A stretch of DNA of 64,000 nt from Acidobacteriota bacterium (lineage in GTDB: Bacteria; Acidobacteriota; UBA6911; RPQK01; JAJDTT01): contig OZ253580.1 in NCBI GenBank assembly GCA_965263035.1, positions 5,216,001 through 5,280,000 of the forward strand, read 5' to 3'. A program made the translations under genes and the position numbers. Within the stretch, counting starts at the first letter, position 1. Every line of letters begins with the position of its first letter. Of this stretch, positions 51,022 through 61,098 are shown in pieces. The notes beneath the pieces were generated by a model. The model saw only the letters and a list, made by a program, of their open reading frames with translations, did not search any database and was not told the origin of the DNA.

Positions 51022-53298
51022 GTGAAGCTGTGCAGGTCGGGTCGCCCCCTACAACGGAGACTCAAGGCGACCGTTGCTTTTCCCATCATAGTCGGGGCAT
51101 TGTTCAGCTCGACTTGGATCGGGTGTACGCAATCGGACCCTCCTCAAACCCCCCCGCCGGCTCCGGATTCGAGCTCTGAAGAAGCAGTGGACACCCAGGT
51201 GCCCGAGCCTCCCGGAAGCTTGACCTTCAACCGGGACATCGCTCCCATCGTCTTCCAGAATTGTTCCCCCTGTCATCGCCCGGGCGGAGCGGGTCCATTC
51301 GATCTGCTCGGCTACAACGACGTCAATAGCCGGGGCCGCCAGATGGTAGCCGTCACACAGAGTCGTTTCATGCCTCCCTGGCAGCCCAAATCCGGCTATG
51401 GCCAATTCATTGGCGAACGCCGACTCGGCGATGAGCAGATCGAGATGCTTCAGAAGTGGGTGGCGCAAGGATCGGTTGAAGGAAATCCGGCCGACCTGCC
51501 GAGTGTCCCGAAGTGGCCGACCGGATGGATGCTGGGGCCGCCCGATATGACGGTGACCATGCCCCGGCCTTACACGTTGGCCGCCGAAGCCGGCGCGGCA
51601 GGGAAGGACGTCTTTCGCACCTTCGTGCTGCCGGTTCCGCTGGAGTCGATGCGTTACGTTCGCGCATTGGAACTGAATCCCGGAAATCCCAAGGTCGTAC
51701 ATCACATCGTGGGAGGGGTCGACCCCACACCTCGCTCCCGGCAACGTGACCAGCAGGACCCCACGCCCGGTTTTGATGGGATGAGATCCACTCAGACAGC
51801 TCGGCCTCCCGGGGGCCATATCCTGGTCTGGACGCCCGGAAAGGTCCCCACGGAAAACCCGGAGGGCTTGGCTTGGGGCCTGAAAGAGGGGACCGATCTG
51901 GTGTTGGAACTGCACATGCAACCTTCCGGTAAGCCAGAACGGGTTCAGCCCCGCGTCGGTCTTTATTTCAGCGACAAAGCACCCACCAAGATCCCCTTCA
52001 TCCTGATTCTGGGCTCCGTTGCCATCGATATTCCGGCGGGCAGCAAGAACCACCGGATTGAAGACAGCTATGTGCTGCCGGTAGACGTGCAGGTGATGGG
52101 TCTCTATCCGCACGCCCATTTCCTGGGCAAGCAGATGGAGGTCTTTGCGCGCCTGCCCGACGGGAGTCGGCGTTGGCTCCTCTACATCCAGGATTGGGAC
52201 TTCAACTGGCAAGACGATTACCTCTATGCCGAGCCCATCTCGCTCCCGCGTGGCACCCAGCTGACCCTGCGCTACAGCTACGACAACTCAGCCGACAATG
52301 TTCGCAATCCTCACAATCCGCCCCGGCGAGTGGTCTACGGCCCCAATTCCTTCGATGAGATGGGTGAGGTATGGATCCAGATGCTGACCCGCAACCCACG
52401 CGACCGGGCAACTCTGCAGAGCGATTATCGCCTCAAACAACTCGACCTGGGAATTGCCGGTTTCCGGCATTCCCTGGACACCAAGCCTCAGGACGCCGAG
52501 ATCCATCAGCAGTTGGGTCAGGCACTCTACGCCCAGGGACAGATCGAGGAGGCCATCAAGCACTATCGCCAGGCGCTGGACTTGCAACCTTCCAGCGCCG
52601 AAACGCACGCTTACCTGGCCAACGCCCTACTGCAACAGGACAACCCGGAGGGAGCGATTCAGCATTATTCTCTGGCATTGGACCTCGAACCGGATTTTGT
52701 TGAGGCTCATTTGCATGCTGCCAACTTGTTGATGGGGCTCGGAAGCTACGCTCAAGCGGAAGGGCACTATACGCGAGTCGTCGAATTGAATGGCGGCCAC
52801 GCCTTCGCCCGCTTCATGCAGGCTATGGCAATGATTCGGCTGGGCCGTTACCAATCCGCCCGGTCCCGGTTGGAAGAGAGCCGTCAGGCGCTGCCTGACG
52901 ATATCGATATCACTCACGCCCTGGCCCGGCTCTTGGCAGCGGCTCCCGACAGCAGCGCCCGCAACGGACCGCTTGCCCTGCAGCTGTTACAGAAGGTGTT
53001 CCAAGTCCAGAAGGAAGTTTCCTTCGAACACGTGGAAACGCTGGCGATGGCCTTTGCGGAAACGGGGCAATTCCAGCGAGCGGTGCAGATGCAGCAGGCC
53101 ATGATCGAAGACGTCAGCCGAGGTGGCCGCATGGATCTCGCCGAATTGCTGCAAGAGAACCTGGGACGGTATCGCCGGGGACAGCGGTGCCGGAAACCCT
53201 GGCGGGACGATGATCCGGTCTTTTCACCGCTTCCAGGCGAACGGGTTCCGCTGGGGTCTTCCTCCGGTGCGAGCCCGGGGCCGACCCCAGCGGAATGA
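51022..53298 (+). CDS. Putative lipoprotein: cytochrome c motif, copper type II (PHM/DBM-like) monooxygenase domain and TPRs
   Basis: WIGC lipobox-like; CSPCH, MPP, VVHH, LELHM, PHAH, WDFNWQ, DEMG. GTG start chosen by alignment with the paralog at 57125. Confidence 0.8.
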   Translation: MKLCRSGRPLQRRLKATVAFPIIVGALFSSTWIGCTQSDPPQTPPPAPDSSSEEAVDTQVPEPPGSLTFNRDIAPIVFQNCSPCHRPGGAGPFDLLGYNDVNSRGRQMVAVTQSRFMPPWQPKSGYGQFIGERRLGDEQIEMLQKWVAQGSVEGNPADLPSVPKWPTGWMLGPPDMTVTMPRPYTLAAEAGAAGKDVFRTFVLPVPLESMRYVRALELNPGNPKVVHHIVGGVDPTPRSRQRDQQDPTPGFDGMRSTQTARPPGGHILVWTPGKVPTENPEGLAWGLKEGTDLVLELHMQPSGKPERVQPRVGLYFSDKAPTKIPFILILGSVAIDIPAGSKNHRIEDSYVLPVDVQVMGLYPHAHFLGKQMEVFARLPDGSRRWLLYIQDWDFNWQDDYLYAEPISLPRGTQLTLRYSYDNSADNVRNPHNPPRRVVYGPNSFDEMGEVWIQMLTRNPRDRATLQSDYRLKQLDLGIAGFRHSLDTKPQDAEIHQQLGQALYAQGQIEEAIKHYRQALDLQPSSAETHAYLANALLQQDNPEGAIQHYSLALDLEPDFVEAHLHAANLLMGLGSYAQAEGHYTRVVELNGGHAFARFMQAMAMIRLGRYQSARSRLEESRQALPDDIDITHALARLLAAAPDSSARNGPLALQLLQKVFQVQKEVSFEHVETLAMAFAETGQFQRAVQMQQAMIEDVSRGGRMDLAELLQENLGRYRRGQRCRKPWRDDDPVFSPLPGERVPLGSSSGASPGPTPAE

Positions 53299-53388
53299 TC
53301 GATCGATTTTAGGCGGAAAAGGCCCGGAACTTCCGTTAAACCGCTCGCGCAGTTCTCAATTCGAGGGAATGATCCGGACCTGCCCTAC

Positions 53389-56300
53389 TTACCAGGCGAA
53401 CCTCAATCGGAACTGAACAATTCTGGCAAGAGCCGTATTTCTATATCGTCCGAAGGCGCTTGGATTGGCGAGGGAAAACGACGGGCTATAGAACTGCGGC
53501 CGGTTGAAGACATTGAAGATCTCTGTCCCAAACTCTAGACGCACGCTCTCTGCAACCTGGAAGTCCTTCAGAATCGACAAGTTTTCGGTCGAGTATCCGA
53601 ACCTGCGAATATTCGGCAACTGGTTGGTGTCAGCAAAGCCAATCACCCGATTCTCGGGTGCAAACGCTGCCACGTTGAGCGTATTTTTCTGCGACCCGTT
53701 CGGATCATAGGCCCCGTGGCTGACCCCGCCTCCTATGGATGAACCCGTGCGATTGACACGCCCCAAGTTGATGGGATCGCCTGACATGTAGTTGTGCCAA
53801 CCCATGATCCGCCATCTCCCGATGAAATGGTTGAACACATTGGAGGCGCCACCACCCCATCGCTGCCCCCGACCGAAGGGCACCTGCCAAGTCCAGGTCA
53901 AGGCCATGTTGTGGGTGCGGTCAAAGGGCACCAGGAAACGGACTCCGCTGCCTCCATACCCCTCATGCGACACACCGGGCGCGCCGAATACACCATAACC
54001 GCTGCCAGTGGCGATGTTCTTGGAGAGCGTATAGGCCAGCAGGAAACTGAGTCCACCTCCAAAACGCTTCTGGGCACTGACGTTGGCGGCGTGATACGAG
54101 GTAATTCCTCCGTGGGCGCCTCTCAGATTGACTCCCGTGTATTGGGGATAGGGACGGGAAGCCTGCCGGACACTTCCAGTGAATCCCGCGTAGGGTACGG
54201 CGACGCCTGTCCCCATTCCCGCGGGGGACGATATTGGTTGATCGATGACCGGTCCCAGTCTGAAGATCCCCGGGGCCACCTCGTTGCGTTCCCAGTTCAG
54301 GCGGTAATGCCGGCCCAGCTTGCCGACATAGTCCATCTTGAGCAGGAGATTCCACCCGACCTCCCTCTCAATGCCGAGACCGAGATTGTAGCTGGTGGTC
54401 CACTTGTTGTCCTGGGGATGAATCCAGTGCACCGCGGTCCCATTGGCCAGGGTCGGATCGAGGTTGGGAAGACTGTTGACGATCTGGAGTCCTTCGGCTG
54501 GAAACCCGCCGTTCCAGTTGAAGGCCGGGGTCACCCCGCCATCAGTGGAACTATACTCCGGCTGGGCAGCCCACCCCAGATTCGCAACATTCCCTCCGCC
54601 TTGCAACTCGGCGCCCGGATTGGCGTAGGTGATTCCCCCGTAAGCTCGCAGCACAGTCTTGTCATCCAGCGCGTAGGCCAGACCCAGACGGGGCGACCAA
54701 GCGCCCCAATCCCGATCGTAGGCCCTGGTTCGACCGTTTCGGCCCGGTCCCTCGCCGTTGAAAGTCAAGGCGCCCATTCGTCCGTCTGCCGCAGCATTGG
54801 GAATGTCGGGACTGAAGTAGCCCATCCGATGATAGGTTTCGCCAAAGGGGGTCCACCAGTTGAATCGAAGCCCGTAGTTGACGGTCAGTTGGCGGGTGGC
54901 GCGCCAAGTATCCTGCAAATAGATGGCATAGACGCGATTGTTGACTCTTTTGTTATCAGACGGCCTCATGAAGGCTGTGTTCACTTCCCCCAACAGGTAG
55001 CTGGCCCAGCCACGGCCGGTCAGCGCGATATCGGGGAACGCGGAGACGTTGCCGTCTGCGGCCATCTGATTGCCGCCGGCCAATCCCGTCGTGATGTCGC
55101 TGAAGGTGAAATTGCCGTTGGTGAAAATCTGGACGTTCCGTCCCACGGCGGCGTATCTGCCCTGGATGCCGAACTTGTAGTTGTGGCTCCCTTTGACCCA
55201 GGTCAGATCCGTATAAACCGGGTACGTGAACTCGGGCATGAAGAGATTCAGGAAGAGGAATCCAAACCCGGAGGCGCCCTGGATGTTGGTAAAAGGAGTA
55301 TCGGGTGTCACCAAGCCGGTGAGCCCCGAATCCCGGCCGTGCGTGTTGCCCGGCTTGCCGATCTCCCGGGGGACTCCCTGGCCGGCAAAGCGCACACTCA
55401 AAAGCAGATTGGGCCGCAGGGTGAAGTAATTTGAGAACCGGTAGCGGTACTGTTTGCCCAGCGTCAGGTGGGTCGTGTTGATCAACTGGTCATAGCCGGC
55501 GTTCCCGGGCCAGACGACATCCTTCCTGTGCCGGTCCATCCCAAATGAGAGCTTATAGCTATCGGTAATCTTGTGGTCCGTCTTCAAGGTCAGCTTGTCG
55601 ATGTCCTGCTCGCCCTTGTCCAGCGGACCGATATGGTTGTCCACCGTGCCCGGCCGGTTGGCCATTGGGATACTGTCCTGAAAAGCGGTCGAAATGGAGC
55701 TGAGGCGGTTGCGGGGAATGACGTTGCCTGGAAATGGATCGCGGATGAAACCTCCATGTCCGTCCGGCCGAGTGGAGGCCGGGTCATAGATCTGCCCCTG
55801 CATAATGGGTCTTCCCAGGACATCGGTCCCAATCTGCGGTCCCAGGAACTCGCTGAAATCCCCGCCACGCATCAACGAGGTGGCGACGGTCGAGGTCTGG
55901 CCGCCGGCGGTCCTGCGCTCGCGGTACCCGGTATAGCTGGCCAGGAAAAAGTGCTTGTCCTTGATGATCCGCCCGCCCACAACAGCTCCAAACTCGTTCT
56001 GCCGGTGGGGATTGACTTCTGCGGCGAACCACTGACGAGCGTCCAGAACGTCGTTTCGAAAATACTCGAAAACGCTGCCGTGGAACTCGTTGGTTCCCGA
56101 CTTCATGACCATTTCCACACTCGAGCCCATATTCCAGCCGTGCTCGGCGTTGACGTTGGCCACGGTTCGAAACTCGCTGATGACTTCGGGAATCAGCCCC
56201 GAATCCTCTCTCATGCCGAAGTTGTTGGCGGGACTGGAATAGATCCCGTCGATGTTGGTGCTCATGACACCCACGACTCCGTGGACGTAGCCCCGGTCGG

Positions 56301-56841
56301 TGGTGTCGGTTTCCTTTCCGTAGGGATCGTAAGAGAAACCGGGCAAGGTTCGAGTGAAGGACAAACTGTGCCGGGCCCCCTGGTTGACTGCCATCGGCAG
56401 TTCCTCGATCTCCTCGACGACCCTGGTGAGACCTGAACTGGAGGATTGGTTGTCGACGGCCAGGGCCTGACTTTCCACCGTCACGGTGTCCACGACTTCG
56501 CCGATAGGCAAGCTGATGTCGAGCGTCACTGCCAAGCCGGAAACCACTCTCACGCCCACTTGTTCAACCGTCTTGAAGCCGGGCAGACTTGCGGAGACCG
56601 TGTAGGAGCCGATCACCAGCCCCGGAAAAGAGTAGTCGCCCGCCTCGCTGCTGATGGTAGCGGTTACGACACCAGTCGATTCATTGCGGGCCGTCACGTC
56701 GGCGCCCGGAATCCGCGCCCCCGTCTCGTCGACGATCCCCCCCGCAAGCCTGCCCAAATTGTCCTGGGCCATTACTGGGAGGGAAATCAGCAAAACCAAC
56801 AACGGCAGGATGATCTTGACGGAAGTTAGGGAAGCCTGCAT
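53389..56841 (-). CDS. TonB-dependent receptor, Oar-like, with N-terminal carboxypeptidase-regulatory-like domain
   Basis: GGAGG RBS; D.TGA.IPGA.V, KSGTNEFHGS.FEYFRN, YLQDTW, FNVFN.PQF, and an aromatic C-terminus (QFRLRFAW). Confidence 0.92.
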   Translation of the reverse strand: MQASLTSVKIILPLLVLLISLPVMAQDNLGRLAGGIVDETGARIPGADVTARNESTGVVTATISSEAGDYSFPGLVIGSYTVSASLPGFKTVEQVGVRVVSGLAVTLDISLPIGEVVDTVTVESQALAVDNQSSSSGLTRVVEEIEELPMAVNQGARHSLSFTRTLPGFSYDPYGKETDTTDRGYVHGVVGVMSTNIDGIYSSPANNFGMREDSGLIPEVISEFRTVANVNAEHGWNMGSSVEMVMKSGTNEFHGSVFEYFRNDVLDARQWFAAEVNPHRQNEFGAVVGGRIIKDKHFFLASYTGYRERRTAGGQTSTVATSLMRGGDFSEFLGPQIGTDVLGRPIMQGQIYDPASTRPDGHGGFIRDPFPGNVIPRNRLSSISTAFQDSIPMANRPGTVDNHIGPLDKGEQDIDKLTLKTDHKITDSYKLSFGMDRHRKDVVWPGNAGYDQLINTTHLTLGKQYRYRFSNYFTLRPNLLLSVRFAGQGVPREIGKPGNTHGRDSGLTGLVTPDTPFTNIQGASGFGFLFLNLFMPEFTYPVYTDLTWVKGSHNYKFGIQGRYAAVGRNVQIFTNGNFTFSDITTGLAGGNQMAADGNVSAFPDIALTGRGWASYLLGEVNTAFMRPSDNKRVNNRVYAIYLQDTWRATRQLTVNYGLRFNWWTPFGETYHRMGYFSPDIPNAAADGRMGALTFNGEGPGRNGRTRAYDRDWGAWSPRLGLAYALDDKTVLRAYGGITYANPGAELQGGGNVANLGWAAQPEYSSTDGGVTPAFNWNGGFPAEGLQIVNSLPNLDPTLANGTAVHWIHPQDNKWTTSYNLGLGIEREVGWNLLLKMDYVGKLGRHYRLNWERNEVAPGIFRLGPVIDQPISSPAGMGTGVAVPYAGFTGSVRQASRPYPQYTGVNLRGAHGGITSYHAANVSAQKRFGGGLSFLLAYTLSKNIATGSGYGVFGAPGVSHEGYGGSGVRFLVPFDRTHNMALTWTWQVPFGRGQRWGGGASNVFNHFIGRWRIMGWHNYMSGDPINLGRVNRTGSSIGGGVSHGAYDPNGSQKNTLNVAAFAPENRVIGFADTNQLPNIRRFGYSTENLSILKDFQVAESVRLEFGTEIFNVFNRPQFYSPSFSLANPSAFGRYRNTALARIVQFRLRFAW

Positions 56842-57124
56842 CGGCGCGTCCTCCTTGGAATACGAATTGGAGTGAGTGGAAATTGCCTTCCAGCAATTCG
56901 GTAGGAAGCTACACGAGTCTGTCAGCAAAAGTCAAGCAAATACTCGTCTGAACTTTCTCAATGTTTTTGGAGGTTTACGAGAACGGAGGAAGTAGACTCG
57001 CAGGAGCATCGCGACGAGGGAGTCCCAAAGCGGTGGCACGCCCAAACTGGAATTTTCCGGAAGCCAGCCGCAATCACGTAGAATCGGGTATCGGGAGTCT
57101 CCGCAAACTGAATGGGGAAAGACG

Positions 57125-59155
57125 GTGAAGCGTTACAGGTCGGATCGACCGTTCCGGAAGAGACTCAAGGCGGACGTTGTTTTTCCGCTCATGATGGGGA
57201 CATTGTTCAGCTGGGCTTGGATGGGGTGTGCACCACCCGACTCTCTCAAGACAGCCCCACCGCTTCCGGATTCGAGCATTGAAGAAGCGCTGGAAACTTA
57301 TGTGCCCCGGCCGGCTGGCACCTTGACCTTCAACCGGGACATCGTTCCCCTGGTGTTCGAGAACTGCGCAACCTGTCACCGGCCGGGAGGTGCAGGACCT
57401 TTCCACTTGCTCGGCTACGCAGACGTCCGCCGCCGAGCCAACCAGATCGTGACCGTCACGCAGAGTCGTTACATGCCTCCCTGGCAACCCGAGCCGGGTT
57501 ACGGGGAGTTCATCGGGGAGCGCCGACTGAATGTGGATCAGATCGGCATGTTGGCGCAGTGGGTGGCTGAGGGGGCGATCGAAGGGAATCCGGCAGACTT
57601 GCCCAAGGTGCCGGAATGGCCGACCGGCTGGCACCTTGGGCAACCGGATCTGGTTCTCACCATGCCCCGGCCGTACACCCTGGCGGCGGATGGACCGGAC
57701 GTCTTCCGGATGTTCGTCATACCGGTTCCTCTGGCGTCAAACCGTTTCGTGCGAGCCTTGGAATTGCGGCCCGGAAACCCAAGGGTCGTCCATCATGCGG
57801 TAGGACTGGTCGACACGACCCTTCGCAGCCGGCAATTGGATGAAGAAGATCCCATCCCCGGTTTCGAAGGCATGAGGTCCACCGAGTTTGCTCGCGCTCC
57901 CGACGGCCATTTCCTGGGTTGGACACCAGGCAAGGTTCCAACGGAAAGCGCCGAAGGGAGGACTTGGCAACTGAAAAGAAGGGCCGACCTGGTGCTTGAA
58001 TTGCACATGATGCCCTCCGGCAAACCGGAACTGATTCAGCCCAGCGTGGGGCTGTATTTCAGTGACGAGGCCCCGACCAGGACCTCCTTCATCATCGGAC
58101 TGGGCTCCCGGACCATCGACATTCCCCCAGGAGAGAAGGAATATTGGATCGAGGACAGTCTTGTCCTGCCGGTGGCGGTGCAGGTTCTGGGCGTTTACCC
58201 ACATGCCCACTATCTGGGCAAACAGATGCGCGCGATTGCACAGCTTCCCGACGGCAGCCGGCGCTGGCTCGTTCATATCAAGGAGTGGGACTTCAATTGG
58301 CAGGACGAGTATCTCTATCCTGAGCCGATCTCTCTGCCCCGCGGAACCCGGCTGACCATGCAGTACAGTTACGACAACTCGGCAGACAACCTGCGAAATC
58401 CCCACAACCCGCCTCAGCGTGTGGTTTACGGTCCCAATTCCAGCGAGGAGATGGGCGATCTGTGGCTCCAGGTATTGACGCAAGACAGGAACGACTTTTT
58501 GACCCTGCAAACCGACTACCGGGTCAAAGAACGTGAGCGGTTCATTGCCGGCTACCGGCATGCCTTGCAGATCGGGCCCGAGAATGCCCAAACCCACGAC
58601 CACCTGGGCCAGGTGCTTCAGGCCCAGGGAGAGATTGAGGCTGCCGTTCGCCACTATCGCCAAGCGCTGAAGATCCGGCCGGCATACGCGGAGACCCACA
58701 GCAATCTGGCGACCGCCTTGTTGCAGCAGGGCCAGACCGAGGAGGCTATTGGCCACTACGGCCGGGCCCTGAAAATCAAACCAGACCTGCTTGAAGCTCA
58801 CTACAATCTGGGCGGTGCCCTGTTGGCCATGGGCCGCATCAGCCAAGCCATTGCCACCTTGCAACGAGCCATCCAGATCGAGCCGGAGTTTGCCAGGGCA
58901 CACAACAACCTGGGCATCGCCTTCGCTCAGCAGGAAGACTTGGCCCAAGCCCTCTATCATTTTGAGCGGGCGGTGAGGATCGATTCGGATTTTGCAGAGG
59001 CCCGCAACAATCTTGGCAATGCACTTCTCACAGCGGGGGACTTCAGCAGGGCGGTGATCGAATATCGGCGCGCCCTGGAAATCGACCCCAGCTATGCCGA
59101 TGCCGCGCGCAACCTGAAGCTGGCACGGGAACTGCTGGTGACTTCCCCCCAGTGA
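57125..59155 (+). CDS. Paralogous lipoprotein: cytochrome c motif, copper monooxygenase domain and TPRs
   Basis: WMGC; CATCH, MPP, VVHH, LELHM, PHAH, WDFNWQ, EEMG; TPRs. Confidence 0.8.
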   Translation: MKRYRSDRPFRKRLKADVVFPLMMGTLFSWAWMGCAPPDSLKTAPPLPDSSIEEALETYVPRPAGTLTFNRDIVPLVFENCATCHRPGGAGPFHLLGYADVRRRANQIVTVTQSRYMPPWQPEPGYGEFIGERRLNVDQIGMLAQWVAEGAIEGNPADLPKVPEWPTGWHLGQPDLVLTMPRPYTLAADGPDVFRMFVIPVPLASNRFVRALELRPGNPRVVHHAVGLVDTTLRSRQLDEEDPIPGFEGMRSTEFARAPDGHFLGWTPGKVPTESAEGRTWQLKRRADLVLELHMMPSGKPELIQPSVGLYFSDEAPTRTSFIIGLGSRTIDIPPGEKEYWIEDSLVLPVAVQVLGVYPHAHYLGKQMRAIAQLPDGSRRWLVHIKEWDFNWQDEYLYPEPISLPRGTRLTMQYSYDNSADNLRNPHNPPQRVVYGPNSSEEMGDLWLQVLTQDRNDFLTLQTDYRVKERERFIAGYRHALQIGPENAQTHDHLGQVLQAQGEIEAAVRHYRQALKIRPAYAETHSNLATALLQQGQTEEAIGHYGRALKIKPDLLEAHYNLGGALLAMGRISQAIATLQRAIQIEPEFARAHNNLGIAFAQQEDLAQALYHFERAVRIDSDFAEARNNLGNALLTAGDFSRAVIEYRRALEIDPSYADAARNLKLARELLVTSPQ

Positions 59156-59213
59156 GGGGATCGGATCTCTGGCTCTCCGTTACCGAATTCGTTCGTAATG
59201 GGATGAGAAAAGC

Positions 59214-61028
59214 ATGTGCTCTCACCGAGGGAGTCCCTGGGTCATCCTGGTCATTTGGGCTCTACTGAACGTCTCTCTGGCCCAGGGTCTGCAGCAGGCC
59301 GTCGATCCGGCGCAGCAAGAAGGAGAATCGGCAACCAGCGATATCTTCCTGGATGCCACGCAGGAAGCGGGGATCGATTTCGTCCACTTCAACGGCATGT
59401 CGGGGGAACGCTACCTGTGCGAAATGATGGGCCCCGGTGGAGCCATGTTCGATTATGACAACGACGGGGATCTCGACCTCTATCTGGTTCAGGGCCGCAT
59501 GCTCGGACCGGGGAAAACTCTTGCCGATGCGGTCTTCCCCCCGCCCCAATCCGAATCGCTGATCGACAGGCTCTACCGAAACGACCTGCGGACGGACAAA
59601 GCCGGCAGTCGCCGGTTGCACTTTACCGACGTGACGGAGGGAAGTGGGATCAGGGCACCAGGGTACGGGATGGGCGTGGCAACGGGAGATTTCAACAACG
59701 ATGGTTGGATCGACCTCTATCTGACCAATTTCGGGCCCAACCAGCTGTTTCGGAACAATGGGGATGGAACCTTTACCGATGTGACCGGGGCAACCGGCAC
59801 GGATGACCCGCGCTGGAGTGTCAGCGCGGCTTTCCTGGACTATGACCGGGACGGCTGGCTGGACCTCTACGTGGGCAACTACGTCGACTTCAGCTTTTCC
59901 AATCACAAGCGCTGCTTCTCTTTCGCTGATTCCAGTCGCAGCAGTGCCCTCGAGTACTGTGATCCCAGCCAATACGAACCGTTGCCCGAGAGCCTCTTCC
60001 GCAATCGGGGCGACGGAACCTTCCAAGATGTGTCCCACAAGGCAGGAATTGCGCGGGAATCAAATGGGGCATTGGGAGTGAGTACGGCCGACTATAACGG
60101 GGATGGCTGGACCGATATCTATGTGGCCAATGACAAGAGGCCGAATCACCTCTGGATCAATCAGAAGGATGGCAGTTTTCGGAACCTGGCTCTGCTGGCC
60201 GGCTGCGCAGTCAGTGGGGAGGGTTTTCCCGAGTCCAGCATGGGAGTGGACGCCGGTGACTTTGACAATGACGGAGACGAAGACCTCTTCATGACGCACA
60301 TGTCGCTGAACGAGAAGAACACCCTCTACGTCAACCAGGGAGAGGGATCGTTCGAGGATGCCTCCTACCTGAGCGGGCTGGCTCTTCCCAGCATTGCTTT
60401 CACCGGGTTCGGTACGGCATTTTTCGATTACGACAACGATGGCAGGCTGGACATTTCAGCCGCCAATGGACACGTCAAAAACGTTGCGGCGCTGGCGCGG
60501 GCCAAAGATCCTTATCCATTGCACCAAACCAATCAGCTGTTCAGGAATATGGGGAAGGGACAGTTTCAGGAAGTGACCGAAGCCGCCGGGGCCGTGTTTG
60601 AGCTGTCCGAAGTGAGTCGCGGAGCGGCATTTGGAGATGTCGACAACGATGGAGACACGGATGTTCTGATTCTCAACAATAGCGGGCCCGCGCGGCTGCT
60701 GACCAATCAGGTCGGAAGCGGCAACCATTGGATGGGACTGAAGCTTGTCGGTCGGCCTTCGGGCCGGGACATGTTGGGCGCCAGAGTGGCTGTCTTGCTA
60801 TCCCAGGGACCGGCCTTGTGGCGCCGGGTGCGTACGGACGGCAGCTACGCCTCCGCCAACGACCCCAGGGTGCTGGTCGGGCTGGGTAATACAACCCAGG
60901 TCGAGGCCGTGCGAGTTTATTGGCCCGACGGTCGAACAGAAGAATGGAAACAAGTATCGATCGATACCTATTCAGAATTGCATCAGGGTAGCGGGACCCG
61001 ACTTTCTCTGCCGCCAGATCCTCGATAG
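59214..61028 (+). CDS. CRTAC1-family protein (FG-GAP plus ASPIC/UnbV)
   Basis: Signal peptide and DxDNDGxxD repeats; close paralog of 47048-48916. Confidence 0.9.
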   Translation: MCSHRGSPWVILVIWALLNVSLAQGLQQAVDPAQQEGESATSDIFLDATQEAGIDFVHFNGMSGERYLCEMMGPGGAMFDYDNDGDLDLYLVQGRMLGPGKTLADAVFPPPQSESLIDRLYRNDLRTDKAGSRRLHFTDVTEGSGIRAPGYGMGVATGDFNNDGWIDLYLTNFGPNQLFRNNGDGTFTDVTGATGTDDPRWSVSAAFLDYDRDGWLDLYVGNYVDFSFSNHKRCFSFADSSRSSALEYCDPSQYEPLPESLFRNRGDGTFQDVSHKAGIARESNGALGVSTADYNGDGWTDIYVANDKRPNHLWINQKDGSFRNLALLAGCAVSGEGFPESSMGVDAGDFDNDGDEDLFMTHMSLNEKNTLYVNQGEGSFEDASYLSGLALPSIAFTGFGTAFFDYDNDGRLDISAANGHVKNVAALARAKDPYPLHQTNQLFRNMGKGQFQEVTEAAGAVFELSEVSRGAAFGDVDNDGDTDVLILNNSGPARLLTNQVGSGNHWMGLKLVGRPSGRDMLGARVAVLLSQGPALWRRVRTDGSYASANDPRVLVGLGNTTQVEAVRVYWPDGRTEEWKQVSIDTYSELHQGSGTRLSLPPDPR

Positions 61029-61029
61029 A

Positions 61030-61047
61030 GGCCGGTTCGAGCCGGCC
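61030..61047. terminator. GC hairpin between convergent genes (possible terminator)
   Basis: ggccggt-tcga-gccggcc directly after the stop codon; no U-tract. Confidence 0.3.
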
Positions 61048-61098
61048 GGCCCGACCCTGAGACCGTCCGTCGCAACCGGACCGATGGGCCACCTGAGA

